The notes below the pieces were generated by a model that did no database searches, was not told where the DNA came from, and worked only from the letters and a program-made list of their open reading frames with translations. The position numbers were made by a program, and so were the translations under genes. Positions 9,801-18,680 of a stretch of 60,424 nt of DNA are shown here, piece by piece; position 1 is the first letter of the stretch, and each line of letters begins with the position of its first letter. The stretch comes from an uncultured Methanosarcinales archaeon (GTDB lineage: Archaea > Nanobdellota > Nanobdellia > Woesearchaeales > DATGWN01): contig CAZKZU010000002.1 of assembly GCA_964557345.1 (NCBI GenBank), positions 1 to 60,424 on the forward strand. The letters run 5' to 3'.

Positions 9801-12800
9801 CTGGAAATATTACTGAAGCATTTTTACAAGCTAAAGCTCAACAGTTTGCAAAAACATATACTAGAGAAGTTTTCGGTCTTGAAGATGGAACGTATTTGGT
9901 CAAAACTGTTTGTGTTGATAAATCAGGTAACGTAAATAATAAAACTTCGGTTTTGAGTATAAATGTAGATTCTAGAATTTTTGACGGGGTTCCAAACGGC
10001 GCAATTAATTACACTAATGTCATTTTAAAAGTAAAAACTGCATCTAACGTACAATGCAAATACGGGACTTCAATAAGTGCTAATTTTAATACAATGCAAA
10101 ATTTAATGACTAAAAAAGCAGTGGATACATACTACGAGCATACTGCACAAATCGTAGTTAGTGGAAATTCAGTTCAAAATTATTATGTCAGATGTAATTA
10201 TGATCCTGTTGCAATGGAAAAAATAAGTTTTGTTGTCGATAATATTAAACCAAGTGTAAAAGCAATATTGAATGGAATTGAAATCGGCGATGGCGCTACG
10301 TGGACTCAAAATGCTAATTTGGAATTAAGATGTTCTGATTCCCCTGAATTCGGCTTTGGATGTAACCAAACATATTATTGCACTTCTGACATCGTTAATT
10401 TTAATAATCTTCAAAATGTAGTTTCTTGCACGCCAACAACTACGTATGTTGGACCATTAAACATATCATCTCCAAAAACAGTTTGCTTTTATTCGGTTGA
10501 AAATATTCGAAGTGTTGATAATAAAATTGTAGGAGGTTTGAGTTCAGGAATAATATGTAGGAATATTCTGACAAGTGATTCTGAACCTATATTGTCAATT
10601 AACAATATATCAAATACTACTAATAGAAATAGCATTCTTATTGGAGGAGGAGTTAGAAGTAACCTTCCAGGAAATAAAAAATTATTTTTCAAAATCAACT
10701 CAGAGCTAATTAAAACTGTTGATACTTTGAGCAACTTTAGCTTCCAAACAACTCTAACTAGAGGAACGCCAGTCCACGGGAATAAATATGAATTGACAAT
10801 GTATGCACAAGATGTTTCAGGAAAACAATCTGAATCTTATTCTAAAATTATTACCTACGATTTATCTGGACCAGAAGTTAAAGATTTAAAAGTTCAAACT
10901 CTAAGTACCGGAGATAATTATGGTTCTAATATGGAATTCGGATATAGGGGTCAAATAAGGTTAACTGCAGAAGATGATTACAGCGGAGTGTCTAAAGTTT
11001 TAGTCGAGATTGAAGGAATTCAAAGTGAACTAAAATTCAATGCTCTAAATGGAAAATGGGAGGGCGCAATAAATTCACAAGATTTACCTATCGGTAATTT
11101 TACACCAAAAATTACTTTGTATGATGGACTTGGAAACATTAATGTCGTTTATCTTACTGATGCTGTCGAAATAATTGATGCAATAAATCCAGCATTTACT
11201 ATTAATCTTAAAAGACAGTATTTTAATACAGACGCTCCATTTATAGATATAAATACTAGTGTACTTACTAGTTGTTCAATAAAGTATACTGCTAAAAATA
11301 ATATAAATTATTCGCACCTATTCTCAACTAGTTATTCTAAAGATTTTTCAGTTCAAGTTAAATCTCAACTATATTCTGATGTTGATGACGAGGTTAAGAA
11401 TATAATCAGAGTTGATTGTGTTGATCGAAATGGTAGCAAAGTTGCTAGAATGTTTAACACTTTTGTTGATCTTAAAAAACCAGTTTATTTTGCGGGAATA
11501 TCCTCATTATCTGCTGAAAAGGTAATAACTATGAGAAACGAGATAGATTATCTTGGATTAAAAGCAGAAGACTATTTATTATATTTTAAATCTGATGAAC
11601 CAGTTAATTGCAGATATGCGAAAAGTAATGAACTTAGCTCTAATGGATATGGTTACAATTACACGCTCAGAAATTTTATTAGAAACTTCACTAATTCAAG
11701 AGATACTAATTATATTGTTAATGATGTATCTGACGGAATTTACTTACAAGATAAAACTTCTTATGACTATAAAATACTTTGTGAAGATAGAGCAGGAAAT
11801 CAAGGAAACATTAAAACCATTAAAATAAGTGTAGATTCAGATAGCAGGCCTTATCTATTTAATCTGGACGAGAAACATATAATTAATAATAATAATAGTA
11901 ATAGTAATAATAACGCACTACAAGGAATTAATTTCTATACTGCAAGACCGACTGAGTGCACATATAGCATCAATAGCAGTGAAATAAAAAATCTGGAACA
12001 TAAAAATATTTCGCAAAACATATATGAGTACACTGTAAATACTTCAGACATTATTTCAAATTATGCAGACGGAACTTATGAATTACGGGTTTTATGTAAA
12101 AAACAAAATACAACTAATGCATTCTACACTGTAAGATCTAGTATTATTAAAGACACAATTTCACCCATACTTATATCTGCTAACGGGAAATTGACTGACA
12201 AAACATCGACAGAAAACGTTCTGCCTTATTTTAATGAAGATAAAAAAGAAATTATAAATACTGCTGGCGGAATTATAAATTTTAGTTTTATAACTAATGA
12301 AGATACGAACGTTGCAATTTACAACAACAATGTTCTTACTGCAATAAGTTCAAAAGGAAAAAATCTGAATTTAGAGATTCCATTGATATACGGACTTAAC
12401 GATCTTGAAATTGCAGTAATCGATATTGCAGGAAACTATATTTCCACAAGAGTTCCAGTTATTTCTTCTAGAAATACTCCTGATATAAAACTATCAGAAC
12501 TTTTAGATAACTCTCTTTCAAATAGTTACCAAGGAAATATAAAGTCAAATGTTGCACTAAATACTCCTAATATTAAACTTAAATATGCTCAGAAAGAAAT
12601 AACTATTCCTATTACCCTTATCCCTAATTCTCTTATTCCGAACAGCGGAGTTAATAATTATTATTATAATATATCATTTAGTAAAAATATTCTTTACAGT
12701 CTAATTGATAATAATAATAATAATAATAATAATAATGGCAGTATCAATAATAGTGCAAATAATTTGTCAGGACTTAGTTCTTTTGATTGGCAATATTCTA

Positions 12801-15800
12801 AAAATAATAGTGCATATAATCAAAATTTGATTGATCCGAAAGTCTCAAACATTATTTCACTAGAACTTTATGATGCAGGTCAAAAAATACAAACAGAAGT
12901 TTTCTTATACAGTCCTTTTTCAGAAAGTCTAAAAATATATTCTCCATCGTATAAAGATATTTCTAACGGTGAAATAAGTAATTATAATGAAATAAAAATC
13001 AGCGGAAAAGTAAACAATGATAACTATATCATAGGAGGAAGATATTCTGTAGAAACTACTAATTCGCAAAATAAGATTTCTCCAATAATGGTTCTTGCAA
13101 AAATTATTTCTGAAGGGAGAGGGTTTAAAACTTTTAAATTTAATAATGCGGTTTTACAAGAATTAAACATTAATCAAAATAAATATTCTGTAAGTATTCC
13201 TTATTTAGATAGCGGATACTTATATTTAGAATTATTGAACGATTTAGGAACTTCAGTTATTAAATCAACATTTTTTAGAACTGAGAAAAATAGTCCTTAT
13301 CCAACAATCACAATTTTCCCCGGCGGAGGAGATACTGCTTATTCAAATAGGCCTCAATTCTTAGTAGAAAATAGTGTCCTTGGTAGAATTAAAACAGCAT
13401 ACGTGTCTAATTTTGACCTGTCTAAAAATTATTCTGTTTCTGGAATAGATCCTCAATTTAATTTCAGAGATATAATTATACAAAACGATGCATTGGATGG
13501 AGAAAATGTGTATTATTTGAATGTCATCATAGAAGATAGTAAAGGCAATCTTGTTGAAAAGCAATTTGCTTTTATATTTTCAGTTGCAGACTTTAATTTG
13601 TATCTTAAAACACCTAAATATGGAGTAATGACTAGTAATAATCAAAATGTATATTTAGAGTCAAATATGCCTGCTATGTGCAAATATGCATATTCAGATA
13701 AACCTTATTCCAATATGACTAATGTTACTAATTATTATTCAAGCAAACATAGGTTTATTACAAATATTACTACTAGAGAAAATGTGTATATACGATGTGA
13801 TGCATATGCCGATTCAACTAATAAATTATTTAATTATACTCTTGAAATTGATAACATTGCGCCACAAATTACAAGCATAACTATCGACAATGCTAAATCA
13901 AAGAGCGGAGGATTCTTAATAACTGAATATCCTCTTGAAGCACAAGTAAAAATAAATACGAATAAATTGGCATATTGTAGATATGATATTTCTAAAAATG
14001 AAGCTGGTTTGAAAACGACGTTTGCAAATATGAGGGATGTTGCAATATCTGAATGTGTCGGCATTCAAGATGGAAATTTTTGTTTTAACACTCAATCTAA
14101 TATTAAAATTCCTAATTTACAAGATAAGACTAAGTACTATTTACAAACTATTTGCCAAGGCAAATCTGAATTAAATAGTTCTATTGCAAAAAGAACAATT
14201 GAAGTTGATCTAGGAAAAGATAGCATTAACATTATATCTCCAAATACATATGAGTCAAATCTTAGGATAGACGTTGTTGTTGAAACTAAAAATAATGCGG
14301 AATATTGTGCTATTTCCTCTGGAAATTCAACTCAATTCAGTAATTTAACAAAAGTTAGTGATAAAAGATTTAACTCTTCAATTAGTTTTACAACGACAGG
14401 TCAAAAATCAATAACAATTAGTTGTAAAGTTGGCGAAGAGATATACAATAGAACAAAAATATTCACAATCGATAACACAGTTCCTTTAAGAGGATATATA
14501 GTTCATGCTAATTCGACAACTATTAATTATAGTTTATCTGCAAAAGCAGAGAACTTTTCAGATCCAGAATCAGATATTGAAAGGTATGAGTTTGCAATTG
14601 GCACGGCGCCATTCGGGCAAGATAATTGGAATTCCGTATTAAATTGGACTAGCTCTAGTTCAAGTAATCTTGTGGCAAATAACTTAAATTTAGCTAGAAA
14701 AACAACTTTCTACTGGAGCGTCAGGGTGTTGAATAAGGCTAATTTGTATTCAGTGCCTATTTCTAGCGCAGGAATTTATGTTGAAAATGTAAGCGTTATA
14801 GTTGAATCTGTGCCTAGCTGCAGAAACGGGATTAAAGATGCGAATGAAACTGGAGTAGATTGCGGTGAAAAATGTAATAAAGAATGTCCTGAAGGAACTC
14901 TTTGTCAATACGATGATGACTGTTTTTCGATTGCACTCACTTGTACTAATAACGAATGTAGTTATAGGAATTCAGGTGGCGGTAGTCACACTACAGCGTG
15001 TACTGATGGAATTAAAGATGGAAATGAGACTGGAGTAGACTGTGGAGAGAGCTGTAATAAAGAATGTCCTGAAGGAACTATTTGCGAGTTCGACGTAGAT
15101 TGTTTCTCAGCTAACTTGAAATGTAGTAACAATCTTTGTAGTAAAAGTGATAATAATATTTTTATTAATAGAACATTAGATGAGCCAGATATTAGCATAA
15201 ATAATAATTCTAGTAATTGGTGGATTTATTTAATTATACTCCTTATTGGAATATTAATTATTGCAGTGGTACTTGCATACTATTTCCTCATATATAAAAA
15301 GAAAGATGACGAAACAAATATTTCAAATTATGGTAATATGAATGGAACAACTGGAATGAATACAACTACTCCTAATATGAGTAATAGAGTAAACCCTGCT
15401 GATCAGAATAGACCAAATGTTTCTATTAATAATAAGGGAAATAATAGCAATAATAATGCTCCTAACGTTCCAATATCAAATGTGCCGATATATGCTGAAC
15501 CTGAAGAAAGAAAAGAAGATTTAATTAAAAGGATACTTGAAAAGAAATTAATTGAAGAGAGAAAAAAGAAAGGTAATCAAGAACGAGAAGGACGATTCAA
15601 TTTATTTGAAAGTAAAAAGCGGTTTTCAGATGGGAATAGTGCTTACGGTTCAGGAAATAAGGTTTCTACAAGTAGTAGTGCTGAACAACCAAAAAGAGTT
15701 GTTAAAGAAGAAATAAAACCTAAAGTCCAAGAAACCATTTACAAATCAAATGATGCTGAAAAAGACATTAAGACCGCTGTTAAAAAAGAAATAATTACTG

Positions 15801-15925
15801 AAAAAGATAATCTTGCTAAATTAAAGGAAGATAAAAATAATTCTTTAAATGGGATAAGGGGTCTTAAGAAAAAGAACCAGGAAGTCACTAAAAATACAAA
15901 AAGTAGTAGTAATAAAAAGAGGTAA
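6851..15925 (+). CDS. Giant (3024 aa) Cys-rich cell-surface protein / putative adhesin with a C-terminal TM anchor and cytoplasmic tail
   Basis: Uninterrupted 9 kb ORF. N-terminal signal-anchor LGLFFFMILSITISLLTLIS. Cys-rich N-terminal modules. Carboxypeptidase-regulatory/PEGA-like beta-sandwich stretches (e.g. GNVVSNNGSAVVGALVVLDNSEYSAYTNSTGGFVIENVKAGNY). Many NxS/T sequons. Two tandem Cys-rich modules. TM helix WWIYLIILLIGILIIAVVLAYYFLIY. Tail of roughly 240 aa rich in Asn, then Lys/Glu. Confidence 0.85.
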   Translation: MQGRMIKLDRIQKSGKQLNLGLFFFMILSITISLLTLISTEVNATSTWGCCADTVTGCRNVYTTAQIQDCVNSHYAFEGDKSCFPIASNPGLNITTNPVCNQVGCCCFNDGTFSARVTGQACLSLSGTLKQGTDCGVVCNSVVPINTTCASLGGSWCNSTSKAAGAIAITGITDYSGKPGTEYTCYNLQCTTPANNCQKGNSSYEIYCLDGINNDQDCSTDVADTDCQNSVGGFVKNQYGIGISNVKIKIVNKLANVFGKDEIFYTYSSGNLGTLFYQGLSKGNYDVFVDDPIYTNTNSISGFTIDENTKFISGIQITVVQKNSYKLKGNVVSNNGSAVVGALVVLDNSEYSAYTNSTGGFVIENVKAGNYFGIAYKTEYISSIRTPTSVGLGKENYLALQLRTGDCSTSPSAPKISSINNVKGKTDIILNFNSNNCTPNSYTIYRCNKAIGLCSNSSEYTPVANAGAGVISYLDSGLFWNTTYNYIVLANYGTGSSMKSVASLPASINTGNENCNGVINFNKHCNYNFITLSGTKTLSSSTVFYCNANNSITTVGSCTNNSKCTEDPSISGTDTAYCRQIDNCSPLSNNYFGLFFGNNFNNNACQGQSNQKFCALDNSITNVNACNNCKDYTTCVDYKTENACNVNNCGLGSCEWKTTDSTLKLGICIDKIKSNCDSCTDVFNRVFGSCNSDVCNSLGNCSFSKTSGACNSCSATSCYDYDGANSCGNSPYGAINLKTNAVIIAQDTCKIGVCAWNPTVSDGTCFKDADADGRDDCESASIIFGANGTNAYTQDYCKKDVLPPETKILLNKKSFNPSGPMNGKITATFNSLDRVSNSDAFRTKIFGVKEVYFCIDDVAGNYCKNTKQNYNTVPKVDGNYQIDISGGTYVALGIGSNKYYLKSGTNILKYYAKDYANNMEIVKSEEFYVDTFPPALNVSFVKFPDMVSGTSDVSIFVEADEDVYCYSEQADCNVYGNCDNNKFTGNITEAFLQAKAQQFAKTYTREVFGLEDGTYLVKTVCVDKSGNVNNKTSVLSINVDSRIFDGVPNGAINYTNVILKVKTASNVQCKYGTSISANFNTMQNLMTKKAVDTYYEHTAQIVVSGNSVQNYYVRCNYDPVAMEKISFVVDNIKPSVKAILNGIEIGDGATWTQNANLELRCSDSPEFGFGCNQTYYCTSDIVNFNNLQNVVSCTPTTTYVGPLNISSPKTVCFYSVENIRSVDNKIVGGLSSGIICRNILTSDSEPILSINNISNTTNRNSILIGGGVRSNLPGNKKLFFKINSELIKTVDTLSNFSFQTTLTRGTPVHGNKYELTMYAQDVSGKQSESYSKIITYDLSGPEVKDLKVQTLSTGDNYGSNMEFGYRGQIRLTAEDDYSGVSKVLVEIEGIQSELKFNALNGKWEGAINSQDLPIGNFTPKITLYDGLGNINVVYLTDAVEIIDAINPAFTINLKRQYFNTDAPFIDINTSVLTSCSIKYTAKNNINYSHLFSTSYSKDFSVQVKSQLYSDVDDEVKNIIRVDCVDRNGSKVARMFNTFVDLKKPVYFAGISSLSAEKVITMRNEIDYLGLKAEDYLLYFKSDEPVNCRYAKSNELSSNGYGYNYTLRNFIRNFTNSRDTNYIVNDVSDGIYLQDKTSYDYKILCEDRAGNQGNIKTIKISVDSDSRPYLFNLDEKHIINNNNSNSNNNALQGINFYTARPTECTYSINSSEIKNLEHKNISQNIYEYTVNTSDIISNYADGTYELRVLCKKQNTTNAFYTVRSSIIKDTISPILISANGKLTDKTSTENVLPYFNEDKKEIINTAGGIINFSFITNEDTNVAIYNNNVLTAISSKGKNLNLEIPLIYGLNDLEIAVIDIAGNYISTRVPVISSRNTPDIKLSELLDNSLSNSYQGNIKSNVALNTPNIKLKYAQKEITIPITLIPNSLIPNSGVNNYYYNISFSKNILYSLIDNNNNNNNNNGSINNSANNLSGLSSFDWQYSKNNSAYNQNLIDPKVSNIISLELYDAGQKIQTEVFLYSPFSESLKIYSPSYKDISNGEISNYNEIKISGKVNNDNYIIGGRYSVETTNSQNKISPIMVLAKIISEGRGFKTFKFNNAVLQELNINQNKYSVSIPYLDSGYLYLELLNDLGTSVIKSTFFRTEKNSPYPTITIFPGGGDTAYSNRPQFLVENSVLGRIKTAYVSNFDLSKNYSVSGIDPQFNFRDIIIQNDALDGENVYYLNVIIEDSKGNLVEKQFAFIFSVADFNLYLKTPKYGVMTSNNQNVYLESNMPAMCKYAYSDKPYSNMTNVTNYYSSKHRFITNITTRENVYIRCDAYADSTNKLFNYTLEIDNIAPQITSITIDNAKSKSGGFLITEYPLEAQVKINTNKLAYCRYDISKNEAGLKTTFANMRDVAISECVGIQDGNFCFNTQSNIKIPNLQDKTKYYLQTICQGKSELNSSIAKRTIEVDLGKDSINIISPNTYESNLRIDVVVETKNNAEYCAISSGNSTQFSNLTKVSDKRFNSSISFTTTGQKSITISCKVGEEIYNRTKIFTIDNTVPLRGYIVHANSTTINYSLSAKAENFSDPESDIERYEFAIGTAPFGQDNWNSVLNWTSSSSSNLVANNLNLARKTTFYWSVRVLNKANLYSVPISSAGIYVENVSVIVESVPSCRNGIKDANETGVDCGEKCNKECPEGTLCQYDDDCFSIALTCTNNECSYRNSGGGSHTTACTDGIKDGNETGVDCGESCNKECPEGTICEFDVDCFSANLKCSNNLCSKSDNNIFINRTLDEPDISINNNSSNWWIYLIILLIGILIIAVVLAYYFLIYKKKDDETNISNYGNMNGTTGMNTTTPNMSNRVNPADQNRPNVSINNKGNNSNNNAPNVPISNVPIYAEPEERKEDLIKRILEKKLIEERKKKGNQEREGRFNLFESKKRFSDGNSAYGSGNKVSTSSSAEQPKRVVKEEIKPKVQETIYKSNDAEKDIKTAVKKEIITEKDNLAKLKEDKNNSLNGIRGLKKKNQEVTKNTKSSSNKKR
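12710..12736 (+). repeat. (AAT)9 trinucleotide microsatellite inside the giant gene, encoding a poly-Asn run
   Basis: gat (aat)x9 ggc reads as D-N9-G in frame. A second, imperfect aat/agt run lies at about 11881-11915. Confidence 0.9.
14819..15142 (+). repeat. Tandem duplication of a 48-aa Cys-rich module near the C-terminus of the giant protein
   Basis: CRNGIKDANETGVDCGEKCNKECPEGTLCQYDDDCFSIALTCTNNECS (14819-14962) and CTDGIKDGNETGVDCGESCNKECPEGTICEFDVDCFSANLKCSNNLCS (14999-15142). They share an identical 27-nt stretch, tgtaataaagaatgtcctgaaggaact. Confidence 0.85.
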
Positions 15926-15926
15926 A

Positions 15927-16442
15927 ATGAAAAAAGCACAAATAAGTTCTGCGTTTAACTATATAACGGCAGCTATTATTATAGGAGTTGTTTTGATATT
16001 TGGAACTATATCGATTATCAAATTGATGGGATATGTTAACAAAATTGACGACCAGCAATTTAGAAAAGAATTTGTGTCCGCAATGGATAGAGCAGGATCC
16101 TCTTTACATTCTGTTCAATATATTGAATTGTCTGGATTAAAAAGCTTTAAGCAAATTTGTTTTTTTGACTCAAGTCCTGATGTTAGAAATGCTGTGGCAA
16201 ATAGTTTTGGATCGAGTAGTCTAAGCAAGTATGCCACAATACAAGGAGATTTGATGGATACATCAGATAATATTTATCTACTTGGAGAAAACACTGTTGA
16301 GGATAAATTTGAAAATCCGAAAATATCTGTCGATGTTGGAGTTTATGGCGGATATGTTTGTGCAAATGTAACTTCAAGAGGTACAATTGCGATAAAACTA
16401 GAGGGCTTAGGAAAAAAAGTAGCAGTAAGCCTTTCTGAGTAA
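15927..16442 (+). CDS. Putative archaeal type IV pilin-like protein (class III signal peptide)
   Basis: N-terminus MKKAQISSAFNYITAAIIIGVVLIFGTISII has basic residues, then A/Q, then a hydrophobic helix, resembling the [KR][GA]Q prepilin-peptidase site of archaeal pilins. The start is 1 nt after the stop of the giant gene. Confidence 0.5.
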   Translation: MKKAQISSAFNYITAAIIIGVVLIFGTISIIKLMGYVNKIDDQQFRKEFVSAMDRAGSSLHSVQYIELSGLKSFKQICFFDSSPDVRNAVANSFGSSSLSKYATIQGDLMDTSDNIYLLGENTVEDKFENPKISVDVGVYGGYVCANVTSRGTIAIKLEGLGKKVAVSLSE

Positions 16443-16445
16443 AGT

Positions 16446-18476
16446 TTATTTTTTATTTATATTTGCCTTACTAGTTGATTCTAAATTACTTACTAAAGCA
16501 GTTGTCTCTATATCAGAAGTTTTTACACCATTAACTGTAGTACTTGTTTTAATTATTACAGGAGTATTTTTTTTCAATTTAGAATTCGTTTTTTTATACT
16601 TTAACTTATGTGCTTTTTTAATTTTAGAATTGGTTGGCTTTAATCTAGAGTTGGCTTTAGTGGATTTTATTCGAATATTTGACATTGTAGACTTTGATTT
16701 CGAAGTCACTTTCAAATTAGATTTTTTTGTTTTTTTCTTGTCTACTTTCTTTTTTGATTTAGAAACCGATGTGTTTTGAGGGCCAAATTTTACTTTGGCA
16801 GACGCCATTTTTACTTTTGATTTATTTTTTTTAGACTTAGTTTTTAACGTCTTAGACTTTTTATCATTTATTTCTTCAAAAAATAAATTAAACAAAAAAT
16901 CTTTTGCTGATTTACTATAAGTATTTTTTTTCTTATTTGTAGACGCTGGATTGACATCAGAAGCAAGTTTTGAAGTTTTATTTAAGTTAGCGCTTACAAC
17001 TTTATTTGCCGCCGAATTTTCTTTTTTTACCGCACTGGTTTTCAAGTATAATTTATCATTAGATTCAACTAAAAGTAAGAGTTCTTTGATAGTTTTTACC
17101 ATTTCTTCACTGATGTTCTTTTGTACGTCTAATTCTGCTTTAATTAACTTGTTTTGCTTCAACACTTCTTTATGAGTTTCAGATATTTTTTTATCGCAGT
17201 AGTTTTCAACTTCTGTTGCAGTTCCAAGAACAAATCGTTCTATTTCTTGCACTGGATTTTTCTTGTCGAATGCTAACATTTTAGCAGATAATTTTTTATG
17301 ATCGGCCTGAAGCACGTTTAATTTAACGTCTATCTCACTTGTTGCATTTTTTAATGTGTTTGTTAATTGCTTTATTTTAGTTTCATTTGTTTTATCTAAT
17401 TCATCATTGTCATTGAATCTATTTTGAATTAATTTATTGGTATTTACATTAGAAAGCATTATCTTGTCAACCTTTTTAGAGATGTTATTTTTTTCAGCAT
17501 CTAATTCTATGATTAGCTTGTGTTGTTCAATTAATCCTGACTTTATTTTGTTGTCTAAACTATCAGATCTTTCCTCATTCTGAGTTTTTATATTTTGAAT
17601 ATTTTCTAATATTGTTTCTGTTTCTGCTTCTACTTGTCGTAGTGTTAAATCGTGTTTTTTCTCTGCGTCATTTAATTTTTGTGTTAATTTGGAAATATTT
17701 GCTTTAGCGGATTTATCTAAATTATTTGTGTTTAAAATCAATATTGCGTTTTTTGAAGCTAAATCATCTAATAGGACATTTTGTTGTTTTAATTTTGATA
17801 ATAAGTCGTCTTCTAATTTAGTTGTTTGTTCTATATTTTTTTGTTTTATATCTTTTATGTTTTTTAATAAATTTTCGACATCTTTTTTTTGTGACTTTGA
17901 TATGTTGTCTATTTTAGTCTCAGTTTCAATTATTTTTTGAGAATTATTTTCTAAAGAAATCATTCTTTTTTGATATAAATTATAGTGATCTTTGTAATCT
18001 TTTTGAGATCGGTGTATTTCACTTAATTCTTTTTTTAATTTTTTCATTTCTTCGAATAAGCCTTTTAAACTAGAATTAGTAGTCTCAATATTTTTATTTA
18101 ATTGAATTATATCTAAATCAATACTTTTATTTGTTTTTGTGAAGTCTTTTCTAATTGAATTAATTGAGCTTTTATTTTGATCAACTGTATTTGAATATGC
18201 TACAGATTTTGCTAAAGTGCTTATTTCAGCAGCGTTATTTTTTATTTGAGAACTTAAATTTGATATAGAGTTTGATATCTGAGTTATTTTTTTCTCTGTA
18301 TTTTCTTTTAATACAGATATCTCTTCGTTTAGGGTTCGTTTTTCAATAGAAGTATTGGTATTTACTGCTGATTTTTTATCTAATTTGGAAATTATAGAAT
18401 TAAGATAAGTAACATCCTTTTTTATAGCATTAAATGCTTCTTGAGTTTTTTCTACTGTTGCGTATTTTGTGTCCAT
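16446..18476 (-). CDS. Long coiled-coil protein with a very basic Lys/Ser/Thr-rich C-terminal tail
   Basis: 676 aa. About 480 aa of heptad-like, Asn/Lys/Glu/Leu-rich sequence, then about 190 aa of KSKKNKSKVK / KKKVDKKKTKKSN type sequence. No enzymatic motif. Confidence 0.65.
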   Translation of the reverse strand: MDTKYATVEKTQEAFNAIKKDVTYLNSIISKLDKKSAVNTNTSIEKRTLNEEISVLKENTEKKITQISNSISNLSSQIKNNAAEISTLAKSVAYSNTVDQNKSSINSIRKDFTKTNKSIDLDIIQLNKNIETTNSSLKGLFEEMKKLKKELSEIHRSQKDYKDHYNLYQKRMISLENNSQKIIETETKIDNISKSQKKDVENLLKNIKDIKQKNIEQTTKLEDDLLSKLKQQNVLLDDLASKNAILILNTNNLDKSAKANISKLTQKLNDAEKKHDLTLRQVEAETETILENIQNIKTQNEERSDSLDNKIKSGLIEQHKLIIELDAEKNNISKKVDKIMLSNVNTNKLIQNRFNDNDELDKTNETKIKQLTNTLKNATSEIDVKLNVLQADHKKLSAKMLAFDKKNPVQEIERFVLGTATEVENYCDKKISETHKEVLKQNKLIKAELDVQKNISEEMVKTIKELLLLVESNDKLYLKTSAVKKENSAANKVVSANLNKTSKLASDVNPASTNKKKNTYSKSAKDFLFNLFFEEINDKKSKTLKTKSKKNKSKVKMASAKVKFGPQNTSVSKSKKKVDKKKTKKSNLKVTSKSKSTMSNIRIKSTKANSRLKPTNSKIKKAHKLKYKKTNSKLKKNTPVIIKTSTTVNGVKTSDIETTALVSNLESTSKANINKK

Positions 18477-18606
18477 GAGCTCTCCTTATTAAGTGTTACG
18501 ACTGTGTTATAGGAACAGGTATGTTTATTTTATTTATAAAGATGTTCTTTTGAAAAATATGTGCTCGAGATCTATCATGTTAATTATAAATTGCAAATAA
18601 ACATTA

Positions 18607-18680
18607 GGGTAAGCTCAGTAGTTACTTCCGCATTTCATCGGCATACGCCTCAACGGGTGTTCACCTCATCATCGCTCACA
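18607..18680. repeat. Short or truncated member (copy A) of the structured intergenic element family
   Basis: Shares gtaagct(c) at its 5' end, a tcggcatacgcct core (18638-18650, versus tcggcattcgcct in copies B and C) and a cctcatcatcgctc block. No matching 3' closing arm was found. Confidence 0.35.

Noticed and set aside
9660-9935. Numerous 60-90-aa ORFs in alternative frames of the giant gene (e.g. 6986-7210, 9660-9935, 10489-10734, 13834-14064)
   Set aside because: All are nested in the continuous 9-kb reading frame, have no independent signals, and give low-complexity translations.
18611-18676. Annotating copy A as a bona fide C/D box sRNA gene
   Set aside because: The C box and D box are good, but the C'-D spacer is 15-16 nt instead of about 12. 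D' and C' are degenerate, and the boxes are absent at homologous positions of copies B and C. Kept only as a hypothesis in the findings.
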